Shown: positions 19,780 through 31,162 of the stretch, piece by piece
How positions within the stretch are numbered: position 1 is the first letter of the stretch
How the letters are laid out: every line of letters begins with the position of its first letter
Sequence record: MF327009
Reading direction: 5' to 3' (one strand)
DNA from: Shigella phage Sf25
DNA length: 64,000 bases
Program-made: the position numbers and the translations under genes
The notes under the pieces: model-generated
The model's database searches: none
What the model was told of the DNA's origin: nothing
What the model saw: the letters and a program-made list of their open reading frames with translations, nothing else

Positions 19780-20412
19780 TTATAGCTTTTTCACTATCAA
19801 AACTTTCTTTATTTTCCTTCGGTGAAAAAGTTTATTTTCTACATCATTCCATGTATAAACTCGCTGCGCAGTTTTTGGAATATTGTCACGCTCTCCTCGA
19901 GCCATCCAATAAACAGGAACATTTAATATTTCACTCGCATGATCGCAATGATGCGCGAGATCGTCAATATAACAAATTACGTTATATTTCTCTTTTGCCT
20001 TTTTGAACAACTCTTCTTTTGAAGAATCATGACCACACATCATTACTTCCGAGAAGGCGCCAGGAAAAAGAGCATTCAAATTAAATTGACGATTCAACAG
20101 AGCGTCAATAGAATCACCCAATGCTGTAACAGCTACAAAATTATAATCTTCTTTTAGTTTGTTAATTACACACAGGGCATCTTTATATGGAGACAAGTAA
20201 CGAATAAAATCTGATCGATTATATTTTTCAATTAACTTGACACCAAGTTCTTCATCACAATTAAAGAGTTTACCTGGAGAAATAAATTTCTCATCTTGGA
20301 TCATTTTTAAAATATGTTCTAACGGAAGATTATATTTCTGAGCAAAATAAGGAAGACCTGATTGCCAGCTTAAACAAACTCCATCAATATCAGTTAAAAT
20401 AGTAGGCTTCAT
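19780..20412 (-). CDS. HAD-superfamily phosphatase-like protein (210 aa), 30.2-like
   Basis: N-terminal DIDGV matches the HAD motif I pattern DxDx(T/V). Confidence 0.5.
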   Translation of the reverse strand: MKPTILTDIDGVCLSWQSGLPYFAQKYNLPLEHILKMIQDEKFISPGKLFNCDEELGVKLIEKYNRSDFIRYLSPYKDALCVINKLKEDYNFVAVTALGDSIDALLNRQFNLNALFPGAFSEVMMCGHDSSKEELFKKAKEKYNVICYIDDLAHHCDHASEILNVPVYWMARGERDNIPKTAQRVYTWNDVENKLFHRRKIKKVLIVKKL

Positions 20413-20873
20413 AGAGAGTCTCTTAATAGGTTTAACACATCAATAAATTCAGCTTCGGTTAATATTGTATCATCTTTTGTTAGACCACTAGCCATGCTGT
20501 GCTTCAAAACTTTTCCTTTCGAGGCTTGTAATGCATCGCGAAAGCCCCTGTTTTGGAACGCTGCTTCAAAATATGCATTTGTGTATAATTCTTTCCACGC
20601 TGGGGAGTATCTTGAAAACGGAACTCCAAGCCAAAAGAGGGTCCCACGGTCCTGAGCTCTAGCATAAGACCTTCCAGCTTGTTGGGCGGCAAGCCCGGAT
20701 AACCCAAATATACGTCTTTGCTGTTCAACATTTTTCACCTTACATCCTTGGAGGAATCCTTCGAGACCTCCAAATTGGATACCATCCATAACAAAAGGCC
20801 ATTGGGCGAAATTACTTAATGCGCATGATGGCCATTTAAAATTGCTTCTAATCTCTAACTCAGACATTTTCAA
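20409..20873 (-). CDS. NADAR / DUF1768 (YbiA-like) domain protein (154 aa), 30.3-like
   Basis: Contains the LSNF-type motif (WPSCALSNFAQWPF) typical of YbiA/NADAR proteins; assignment by motif recollection only. Confidence 0.45.
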   Translation of the reverse strand: MKMSELEIRSNFKWPSCALSNFAQWPFVMDGIQFGGLEGFLQGCKVKNVEQQRRIFGLSGLAAQQAGRSYARAQDRGTLFWLGVPFSRYSPAWKELYTNAYFEAAFQNRGFRDALQASKGKVLKHSMASGLTKDDTILTEAEFIDVLNLLRDSL

Positions 20874-21066
20874 TACTTATAATTTCAACATCAGCCCAAT
20901 GACCATAGCAAGGAAGACGAAATTCAACTGGCCAGTTAGGGTCCTTTTCTAATATAATAGACTGAACTTGTGGCTCTTCATATTCATCGGTATACGGACC
21001 TTTATACGTTACTTTATATGTGACCTTAATATGCTGAATTCCAAAAATCTTATTAATTATATTCAT
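20860..21066 (-). CDS. hypothetical protein (68 aa), 30.x
   Basis: ORF track. Confidence 0.4.
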   Translation of the reverse strand: MNIINKIFGIQHIKVTYKVTYKGPYTDEYEEPQVQSIILEKDPNWPVEFRLPCYGHWADVEIISIENV

Positions 21067-21260
21067 ACTAATTCCTTTAATCCGTAAATAGGAGATAATT
21101 CATCGCCCATACGAAGGTCTTCATTTCCATCTACCCAGGAAACAATATAAGCCTCTTTTATTTGAATACCACTCCATTTAAATGGAGGTAGAACCTTAGA
21201 AATTAATCCAGGTATACCAACTCCCTTTAATTCAACAGTTTGACCTAAAAAGAATTTCAT
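21063..21260 (-). CDS. hypothetical protein (65 aa), 30.x
   Basis: ORF track. Confidence 0.4.
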   Translation of the reverse strand: MKFFLGQTVELKGVGIPGLISKVLPPFKWSGIQIKEAYIVSWVDGNEDLRMGDELSPIYGLKELV

Positions 21261-21547
21261 TAGAACCTCATCTGAAAACCGTGCGATTTAACATTACCGC
21301 CACCAATATCAGAGATATTAATTTCGCGCGCAATTGAAGGGTCAATGTCAATTTCACGATTGAGTTTAGTGATAGCTAAAGTATCGCGCCCATTTACAGT
21401 ACGGAACTCTAAAGGACATACTACATTAACGTAGTTTTTAATCGATTCACTGGTAGGTTGCAAATGAACAGGAAGGTCTTTAGGCGCCTTTGAGAAAACC
21501 ACTTCACAGAAATTTTTGCGGGTATCAAAATAAGTAGTCATAAACAT
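21260..21547 (-). CDS. hypothetical protein (95 aa), 30.x
   Basis: ORF track. Confidence 0.45.
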   Translation of the reverse strand: MFMTTYFDTRKNFCEVVFSKAPKDLPVHLQPTSESIKNYVNVVCPLEFRTVNGRDTLAITKLNREIDIDPSIAREINISDIGGGNVKSHGFQMRF

Positions 21548-21588
21548 AGTATTTTCCTCAGTAAGGGGCCGAAGCCCCTCATTTTATT

Positions 21589-21954
21589 TTAAATATCAAA
21601 TTCGTTAAGAACTACATCAAAGATTGCTTCAAGATGCTCAGGTTTAGCTCTGTTACTCAGAATATGACGAATCCAAGTTTTAACCAGAAGCTTGCGATTA
21701 ACGCCATTCCAGCAAGGATGAGTCCCTAAATCGCGTTGACGAAAATCATCATCCAAAGCGATTTTGAAGTTGGAACCTTCCATTGTGATTGAAACCGTGA
21801 TGCCATTTTCAAATCGCATATAAACGTAGTTAGGAGTCATATACTGTTCAATTTCGCATACTGATCCATTTTGATGTTTCCAAAGGCAAATAGTATCAAT
21901 AGAACCTGCAATACCATTAGAAACATATTTACGTTCAAAGTTGATGTAGTTCAT
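21589..21954 (-). CDS. hypothetical protein (121 aa), 30.x
   Basis: ORF track. Confidence 0.45.
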   Translation of the reverse strand: MNYINFERKYVSNGIAGSIDTICLWKHQNGSVCEIEQYMTPNYVYMRFENGITVSITMEGSNFKIALDDDFRQRDLGTHPCWNGVNRKLLVKTWIRHILSNRAKPEHLEAIFDVVLNEFDI

Positions 21955-22022
21955 TTTTATTCTCCGAGATGTTTAATTGCGGTACAGGTATATAATATCA
22001 TATCCTGTACCAAAGTAAACAA

Positions 22023-22355
22023 TTATTTTACTACTTTCCAGTGCTTCATGTCAAGTTTACCAACTTTTTTCATCTTCTCAATTAAGCGTTCGGCACGTTG
22101 GCGAGCTGTAACATAATACCATTCACCTAATTCATTTTGTTCAATTTTTCCAACGATTACTGTATTCAATTCATAAATCCAACCAGTAAAGAAATTATGA
22201 ACTTGAATTGTAAAGGTGAAATCTGTTCCCATACCTTCTGTTGTTTCTACTTCAATAATATCACCTTCAACTGCCATTAAGAACCACATAGTTTCATCAT
22301 ATTTACCATTGAAGCATTTAGTTTTAACTGCAGCGTTCAGATTAATCGTTTTCAT
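22023..22355 (-). CDS. hypothetical protein (110 aa), 30.x
   Basis: ORF track; early-promoter-like GTTTAC/TATTAT upstream at about 22385-22420. Confidence 0.45.
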   Translation of the reverse strand: MKTINLNAAVKTKCFNGKYDETMWFLMAVEGDIIEVETTEGMGTDFTFTIQVHNFFTGWIYELNTVIVGKIEQNELGEWYYVTARQRAERLIEKMKKVGKLDMKHWKVVK

Positions 22356-22442
22356 TTTATTCTCCTTTGTTTCTGTAAGATAATACTAACACAAAGGAAC
22401 CATACTGTAAACAACTTTGTGCAATCTTTGGAAAATAAAAAA

Positions 22443-22460
22443 GGACTCCCGAAGGAGTCC
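22443..22460 (-). terminator. hairpin terminator (GGACTCC-CGAA-GGAGTCC plus U-run)
   Basis: Perfect stem-loop followed on the minus strand by a T-run. Confidence 0.55.
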
Positions 22461-22465
22461 TCAAC

Positions 22466-22807
22466 TTATGCTTTCTGCTTACCAAAACGAGAAGCATCAT
22501 CTCGAAGAACCGCACGTGCTCGGCGCATGATCTTCTCAACAGTTTGATTGATACGAGAGTTCGACCCACGCTTGTAGCCAGCGCGTTTAGAATCACCAAC
22601 TTTCTTTTCAACTGCTTTCTTTGCTTTAGCTTGTTTTTTCTGCTTACCAAAACGAGAAGCATCATCTCGAAGAACCGCACGTGCTCGGCGCATGATCTTC
22701 TCAACAGTTTGATTGATACGAGAGTTCGACCCACGCTTGTAGCCAGCGCGTTTAGAATCACCAACTTTCTTTTCAACTGCTTTCTTTGCTTTAGCTTGTT
22801 TTGCCAT
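22466..22807 (-). CDS. small highly basic protein, expanded from about 58 to 113 aa by an in-frame 165-bp tandem duplication
   Basis: Translation MAKQAKAKKAVEKKVGDSKRAGYKRGSNSRINQTVEKIMRRARAVLRDDASRF with the 55-aa block repeated exactly. Confidence 0.55.
   Translation of the reverse strand: MAKQAKAKKAVEKKVGDSKRAGYKRGSNSRINQTVEKIMRRARAVLRDDASRFGKQKKQAKAKKAVEKKVGDSKRAGYKRGSNSRINQTVEKIMRRARAVLRDDASRFGKQKA
22472..22801. repeat. exact tandem duplication, 2 x 165 bp (22472-22636 and 22637-22801), in-frame
   Basis: Identical nucleotide units; boundary ambiguous by 1 bp. Confidence 0.9.
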
Positions 22808-23095
22808 TATAAATTCTCTTTTAAATGAAAATGCAGGACTTATTGGCATTGCCTGCGCAAGCCCTCAAGGGGAACATAGGTTTTTGGATATTTAACGACC
22901 AGGATAACCATAAACCCGTCATCATACCACCAAGACTTACACAGATAACACTTTTCTGACGCATGATAGTAACATTCAAGAGGTACACCGTAAAACTGCC
23001 GGGGTCTTGAAACTATAATGATTCGCAAATCATTAATCAGACAGTTCGACGGCTCCTCGATTTAGCTCACACTAAGGCAGTGAATCTCCAATAAA

Positions 23096-23344
23096 TTACT
23101 TCAATGTTACCACAAAGTGACGAACTGCTTTTCGTGCAGCAGAAGCCAGAGGCTTAGCATACTTAAGTTCATCTTTTTCCTGGAGCTCAGCAGCTAATGC
23201 AGTTTGAGCAGGATTCAGATGTTTGAAATAACGCAGGATTTCAAGAGCTTCGGCTTCAACATCAATAGATGCGCCATAGTTTTCGTGACCATTATTCCAT
23301 GCGTTTCGTTGCAGTTCAAGAGCGTGTTGTAATTGTTTAATCAT
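23096..23344 (-). CDS. rIII: rIII lysis-inhibition accessory protein
   Basis: 82-aa ORF MIKQLQHALELQRNAWNNGHENYG; length matches T4 rIII. Confidence 0.85.
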   Translation of the reverse strand: MIKQLQHALELQRNAWNNGHENYGASIDVEAEALEILRYFKHLNPAQTALAAELQEKDELKYAKPLASAARKAVRHFVVTLK

Positions 23345-23428
23345 TTAAAAATTCTCGTTAGAGATTAAAACTCGGTAGTCACGTTCTTCTGAATTTCATC
23401 TTCTTTCGACAGATCTCTCAGTTGTAGA

Positions 23429-23734
23429 CTAACAGGTAACGAATTTTTGTTTAATTTCTTTTGGCTGCTTAAGACCCAGAGCTACAAAAGGGTGTGGAAC
23501 GTTTCGAATTTGACCAACTGGAAGAGAAGTCAAATCACCAACTTCACAGAAACCTTCAGGAACATCAGGACCAACAGAGTGAACTACACACAGTTCAGGA
23601 ACTTCACCTTGAACACGTTTACCGATAATAAGTCCTGATTCTGTAACTTCTTCATCACCGGCTTGTGCAGGTTCAGAAACTAAAATAACATATTCACCGA
23701 CAGCACGAATTGGTAGCTGTTGTACTTCAGACAT
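23429..23734 (-). CDS. 31: gp31 co-chaperonin (GroES-like); ORF is 101 aa versus 111 aa recalled for T4
   Basis: [44 protein letters not shown] matches recalled gp31; ends at ...KFVTC. Confidence 0.8.
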
Positions 23735-23790
23735 CGTTTTTCCTTTTTGTTAGCAGATGAATTAATAATAACAAATAATTCTTAAAGCAT

Positions 23791-24099
23791 TTATTTACCA
23801 ATAAATTGAAGCAAATGCTCAACTTTCATACCATTAACGGAAATCAATTTGTCAATAGAAAAACCTCGCCATGCACCAAGCTCAACATCAAATACTGGAA
23901 TCATATCAGTAGATTCTTTCCGAGCAGATTCAGTCAATTTACCAGTTTGCATGGTTGGCATAAAGTCCGCATCACGAGTGCCTTTCATAGTACGAATAGT
24001 ACCATCAGACTTTTCAAAAACTACGTTTGAAATACCCATGGACAATTTAGTTTTCAAAATTTCACGAATTGCTACTTTCTGTTCAGTTGTCAGTTTCAT
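23791..24099 (-). CDS. hypothetical protein (102 aa), 31.1-like
   Basis: ORF track. Confidence 0.45.
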   Translation of the reverse strand: MKLTTEQKVAIREILKTKLSMGISNVVFEKSDGTIRTMKGTRDADFMPTMQTGKLTESARKESTDMIPVFDVELGAWRGFSIDKLISVNGMKVEHLLQFIGK

Positions 24100-24336
24100 T
24101 TATTTACCTATTACAGTTTTAATATGGGTTGTTCCACGTTCTTTAAGAGTGGAAAGCAATTTTTGGCATTTTTCTAAATCAGATTTCCAACTATACGGCC
24201 TATCAATACAAACCCATTCTGACTTATAATACTGCTTCCATTTAGAGAAAAAATATTTCTTATACTCTACAGCAAATGAAATGTTCTCGTTAGAATAAGA
24301 ACTAATTGCTGTGAGCTGTACCAAACGAAATTTCAT
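24100..24336 (-). CDS. hypothetical protein (78 aa), 31.2-like
   Basis: ORF track. Confidence 0.45.
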   Translation of the reverse strand: MKFRLVQLTAISSYSNENISFAVEYKKYFFSKWKQYYKSEWVCIDRPYSWKSDLEKCQKLLSTLKERGTTHIKTVIGK

Positions 24337-24917
24337 TATTCACCACAGAATTCGTTGATATTTTCCCAATTTAACTTATTTAAGTTTTTCTTAGGAACAT
24401 TAAACACTTCAATACCTGCATTTCGCAGAATATCATCCCAGCCAGGTTTATTTTTATCGTATGTTTCACAATAAACCAACTTTTTAATTCCAGATTGAGC
24501 TATCGCTTTTGCACAATCTGAGCAAGGAGAAAGTGTTACATACATAGTAGCACCTTCAATTGAAGAACCGTTTCGTGCAGCAAACAAAATCGCATTTAGT
24601 TCAGCATGAATTTCATTTTTAGACGACCATTCAGAGTGAGCGCTACGGTGTTCTTTCGCCAAGACAAAACGATCAGTTGAACCAAACGATACGCATTCAG
24701 GCTTATTACCTTGAATGATAGTATGTTTAGGCTTATTCAGCAACCAACCTTGCTCAGCAGCATAATCACAACAGTTCACACCACCAGCAGGTGAACCATT
24801 ATATCCGGTAGAAATAATACGTCCATTCTTTTCAATTACTGCTCCTACCTTCCAGGAGCAACATTTTGATTCCTGCGATACTAAATATGCAATTTGAAGT
24901 ACTGTACTCGCTTTCAT
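24336..24917 (-). CDS. cd: dCMP deaminase
   Basis: 193-aa ORF; zinc-binding deaminase motifs HAELNAI and PCSDCA. Confidence 0.9.
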   Translation of the reverse strand: MKASTVLQIAYLVSQESKCCSWKVGAVIEKNGRIISTGYNGSPAGGVNCCDYAAEQGWLLNKPKHTIIQGNKPECVSFGSTDRFVLAKEHRSAHSEWSSKNEIHAELNAILFAARNGSSIEGATMYVTLSPCSDCAKAIAQSGIKKLVYCETYDKNKPGWDDILRNAGIEVFNVPKKNLNKLNWENINEFCGE

Positions 24918-25252
24918 TTCATAATCACCAGATAAGCAGATTTAGCAGTTTCAACACGATAAATTTCGTGACGAAGTTTAGTTATACTTTTAATAACAGA
25001 ACTAATTATATTCTGCCCATCTTTAAAGCGGTTTTTCTTATCAATAAAAATTGCGCCAACCATCTTTTTGTGAAGCTCAACTGGATACTTCGTCACAATA
25101 ATAGCATCATATACGGAAGGATGAATACTATTTACTAGAGTGTCATTCATTAAAGTTATTCTAATGAACTGTGCTGTTTCAGAGTCAAGCGCTCTATGAT
25201 CACCAGTATCATTTTCAAGACAATTATCAATTATATCAGTTAAATTCATCAT
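24914..25252 (-). CDS. hypothetical protein (112 aa), cd.1-like
   Basis: ORF track. Confidence 0.45.
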   Translation of the reverse strand: MMNLTDIIDNCLENDTGDHRALDSETAQFIRITLMNDTLVNSIHPSVYDAIIVTKYPVELHKKMVGAIFIDKKNRFKDGQNIISSVIKSITKLRHEIYRVETAKSAYLVIMK

Positions 25253-25485
25253 AGTACGCCATACACCCTTTGTGCTTCAACTAATCCATCAAAATCCAGT
25301 TTAAGATGTGTTATTTGATCACCATCACCTGGATTCACAATTACTAATACTGAACGAGGAGTTTCGGTAATAACACGAACCGATGTTTCAGGAAATCGTT
25401 CAGAAACCTTATTTACCAATTCCTGAGCAAATAGTTTAACTTTTTCTTGGAATTCTTTAACAGTAATTGGTTTTTCACTTAGCAT
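25249..25485 (-). CDS. hypothetical protein (78 aa), cd.2-like
   Basis: ORF track. Confidence 0.45.
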   Translation of the reverse strand: MLSEKPITVKEFQEKVKLFAQELVNKVSERFPETSVRVITETPRSVLVIVNPGDGDQITHLKLDFDGLVEAQRVYGVL

Positions 25486-26006
25486 GTTGATCCCAGCTCC
25501 TTACTTTCAACGTTTTTAACTAATTTGACAGAAACTAATTCGGCATCTTGGGTAATCATTACCGGGCCTTCTTCATACTCTTCAAGATATTCTAGAGCTT
25601 TCTTTTTAGCTTCTTCCTTCGTATCAGTTTGAGCATAGATATAGAACATACAACCAGTAATACCTACTACTTTCCACTTAATTTCTTTATCAGTTTTAAT
25701 TTCAAATTTACTGATAGAGTCATCTTTTTGAACTTCTTCGAAAAAATAATATTCTGACATATAAGTAATTGAAAATAACGGGCTATCTTTATAAGATTCG
25801 CCCATTACATCAACAGCTTTATACCAGCAGTCATCAATTTCACGTTTAATGCTAATAACATTTTTCGCAGAATCTATTTTTACTTTAAATGAATTTTCCC
25901 CAATAAACTTGGCAATTCGTTTATTAGCCCCGCAAGTTTCATTAAAAATATCTTTATATCCAGCTTTAAAGCGATAAACCTTATCTTCTTCAAACCATTT
26001 GCTCAT
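25479..26006 (-). CDS. hypothetical protein (175 aa), cd.3-like
   Basis: ORF track. Confidence 0.45.
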   Translation of the reverse strand: MSKWFEEDKVYRFKAGYKDIFNETCGANKRIAKFIGENSFKVKIDSAKNVISIKREIDDCWYKAVDVMGESYKDSPLFSITYMSEYYFFEEVQKDDSISKFEIKTDKEIKWKVVGITGCMFYIYAQTDTKEEAKKKALEYLEEYEEGPVMITQDAELVSVKLVKNVESKELGSTC

Positions 26007-26068
26007 TTCAATTTCCTCATTTGTTTTGGTAGAGCTATAATATCACAACTCTACCGTAAAGTAAACTG

Positions 26069-26344
26069 TTAAATTGCCTTGAATTCTGATGTCTGTGATT
26101 CAAAACGAATATCGCCTTTGATGACTAGCTCAGCATCAAGACCGAATACGACAATGATATGTGCGGAACCTGGATACAGCGTAATGGCAATAGAATCAAC
26201 CTGGTCTGGAAGCAAAGTATTCAATACATGAGTCACTTGAGCATGAATTCGAAGCTCGGCTGCGTTATCAAGCTTTTCAAACATATTATTAGCGATAATT
26301 TGGCTAAACACTACTTCTACGATTTTAGAATAAGTCGGAAACAT
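26069..26344 (-). CDS. hypothetical protein (91 aa), cd.4-like
   Basis: ORF track. Confidence 0.45.
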   Translation of the reverse strand: MFPTYSKIVEVVFSQIIANNMFEKLDNAAELRIHAQVTHVLNTLLPDQVDSIAITLYPGSAHIIVVFGLDAELVIKGDIRFESQTSEFKAI

Positions 26345-26346
26345 AT

Positions 26347-26547
26347 TTACCTCACATAATTTTCTTCAAGCCAATCAATAACATCCAACGCATTATCAAA
26401 AGTTGAACCATCTACTTTATCTTCTGTTTCATAATCAAGAACATCTAAGCCTACTCTTCCATCAACAATAGGCCATAAACAAAATAGATATTTCTTTTCT
26501 TTTTCAATTTTATCACAAAGACGATAAATCTTTTCTATATTATTCAT
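26347..26547 (-). CDS. hypothetical protein (66 aa), cd.5-like
   Basis: ORF track. Confidence 0.4.
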   Translation of the reverse strand: MNNIEKIYRLCDKIEKEKKYLFCLWPIVDGRVGLDVLDYETEDKVDGSTFDNALDVIDWLEENYVR

Positions 26548-26736
26548 AAGTTTTCCATGGTAAAGGCAGTTTAGTTTTCTTTACTGTTAGTTCAATATCA
26601 GGATTCTTTTCTCTTAATTTAAGGCATTCCTCCCAAGCTCTGATTTCACTAGTGAATACACAAAATTGCCCATTACTAGTACCAACTAAACCACTATTTA
26701 CAATAACAATAGACCAAGTTTCATGATGCCACGCCA

Positions 26737-26737
<1 letters not shown>
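26540..26737 (-). CDS. hypothetical protein (65 aa)
   Basis: ORF track. Confidence 0.4.
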
Positions 26738-27962
<1,225 letters not shown>

Positions 27963-27965
27963 TTA

Positions 27966-28196
27966 TTATTTCTCAACCAATGATTGAATATAATCATGCA
28001 GGTCTTTAGATGCTTTACCCCACTTATTTTGGTATTCATTTTTAAGATTAGCCCGAGATTGAGCTAATAAAACATCATTAGTTGGAGGTAAAGATTCTAA
28101 CCGTTGAATCTGGCGTCCATAAATCATTGCAGCCATCTCGGATTCATAAATCAATCCTTTGAGATGTTCAAATTGATGCCATGAAATCATTTGCAT
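27966..28196 (-). CDS. hypothetical protein (76 aa), pseT.2-like
   Basis: ORF track. Confidence 0.45.
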   Translation of the reverse strand: MQMISWHQFEHLKGLIYESEMAAMIYGRQIQRLESLPPTNDVLLAQSRANLKNEYQNKWGKASKDLHDYIQSLVEK

Positions 28197-28639
28197 TTAT
28201 CCTCTTTTAACTCTTGACGATAATAACATATCATAGTTTTCTGATCATGTACATATCGTTTTACATCATTAAGCCAAATGCGAAATTCCTGGGAATCTTC
28301 AAATGGCATACCGACCCAAGCTTTACCATCAATAACTTTAACTTGCCAGGATAGTTTAGCTTCATCGTATGACTTTATTTGTACTGGCCAATTAGGATGA
28401 ACTGTTTCTTTCTTTACTTCTAGAGGCTTTGTCGAACAACCAACTAGAAGACCAATAGATAATATTACCCAAGCTTTACCATCAATAACTTTAACTTGCC
28501 AGGATAGTTTAGCTTCATCGTATGACTTTATTTGTACTGGCCAATTAGGATGAACTGTTTCTTTCTTTACTTCTAGAGGCTTTGTCGAACAACCAACTAG
28601 AAGACCAATAGATAATATTACTGCTGATAGTTTAATCAT
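28187..28639 (-). CDS. putative lipoprotein, expanded from about 99 to 150 aa by an in-frame 153-bp tandem duplication
   Basis: Signal/lipobox-like LSIGLLVGC-S; the 51-aa block ILSIGLLVGCSTKPLEVKK...DGKAWV is repeated exactly, giving two lipobox copies. Confidence 0.5.
   Translation of the reverse strand: MIKLSAVILSIGLLVGCSTKPLEVKKETVHPNWPVQIKSYDEAKLSWQVKVIDGKAWVILSIGLLVGCSTKPLEVKKETVHPNWPVQIKSYDEAKLSWQVKVIDGKAWVGMPFEDSQEFRIWLNDVKRYVHDQKTMICYYRQELKEDKCK
28314..28619. repeat. exact tandem duplication, 2 x 153 bp (28314-28466 and 28467-28619), in-frame
   Basis: Identical nucleotide units. Confidence 0.9.
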
Positions 28640-28989
28640 TTAGAAAGGTCCTGGATGTCTTCTGCGAACTTGTTGAAGGAGTTGTTGATTTGTTTTTCAA
28701 CCAATCCTGGCTTACTAGCCACCACATCCGCCTTCTTTGCGTCTTTGCGCAGCTTTTCATTTTCACGCTCAATAGCAGCAATTGCCTCACGATTTTTATT
28801 ATTCATTGCATCAATATAATTATATTGATTTTTTAAATCATTTAATGCTAAAGCATTTTCATTAGCAGTTTTTGTAATTTCTACGACAGACGTTTCTAAT
28901 CTTTCAATTTTGTGTTTTAAAACTAAAGAAGTTCCGCCCAATATAATTACAATTAATAGTAAACCTGCTGTAGTATTACTTAATTGCAT
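28636..28989 (-). CDS. hypothetical membrane-anchored protein (117 aa)
   Basis: ORF track; N-terminal hydrophobic segment LLLIVIILGGTSLVL. Confidence 0.45.
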   Translation of the reverse strand: MQLSNTTAGLLLIVIILGGTSLVLKHKIERLETSVVEITKTANENALALNDLKNQYNYIDAMNNKNREAIAAIERENEKLRKDAKKADVVASKPGLVEKQINNSFNKFAEDIQDLSK

Positions 28990-29483
28990 AAAGTTTTAAT
29001 AACCTCTATAATATCGTCTTGAGAAAGACCGTTAATTAAAATATGATGTTCAGCTGGAGATTTAGAAATTTTAAAGCATGCCGCAACATCTTCTGCCATA
29101 TCTGATGCACTACGATTTGGATTACTAATTCCAAGACGATGCTTTCCAGTCAAAGGATTAACGATGATATAGCATTTGCAGCTATTGATATGAACATTAG
29201 GCTGAGTCTGATTAATGAATACTTCGCACTCATACTTAGCGAGTTGATTTTCTAAAAAGACTTTCATCTCCTCAACCGCATCAGGAAGCATATCACGGGC
29301 TTGCTCAAGACGACGATTTCGATATTCTTTAATGGTCGTTTTCCGCTTGACTTGCTTAGCTAAATCTTTCTTAAGATCGGTGATATATCCAACTCGACGA
29401 TTTCCTTTAAATACAGAAATCCCATCTGTAGTATCACCGTATGCTTCAACGACCATCTCAGTAGTAATAAGCTGCAAATCCAT
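28980..29483 (-). CDS. alc: Alc (inhibitor of host transcription on cytosine DNA)
   Basis: 167 aa from the second Met; position between pseT.x and rnlA as in T4. Confidence 0.7.
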   Translation of the reverse strand: MDLQLITTEMVVEAYGDTTDGISVFKGNRRVGYITDLKKDLAKQVKRKTTIKEYRNRRLEQARDMLPDAVEEMKVFLENQLAKYECEVFINQTQPNVHINSCKCYIIVNPLTGKHRLGISNPNRSASDMAEDVAACFKISKSPAEHHILINGLSQDDIIEVIKTLCN

Positions 29484-29490
29484 CATAAAG

Positions 29491-29544
29491 TCCTCATGTT
29501 ATGTCAGTAAGATTACTATAACACAACACGAGGGACTTGTAAAC
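29491..29544 (-). promoter_or_regulatory. early-promoter cassette upstream of alc; 54 bp identical to 13401-13454
   Basis: Same -35/-10/RBS cassette as at 13401-13454. Confidence 0.5.
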
Positions 29545-29547
29545 AGC

Positions 29548-31135
<1,588 letters not shown>

Positions 31136-31162
31136 AATAAAATGGGCCTTGTGGCCCACTCC

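Noticed and set aside
22357-22776. 139-aa ORF overlapping the small basic protein gene in another frame
   Set aside because: It is generated by the same duplicated DNA read in an alternative frame and has no independent start signal.
22472-22801. Possible CRISPR array suggested by the exact direct repeats here and at 28314-28619, 33651-34148 and 62631-63128
   Set aside because: Each case is just two abutting copies of a 150-250 bp unit with no spacers, lying inside protein-coding frames; this is tandem duplication, not a repeat-spacer array.
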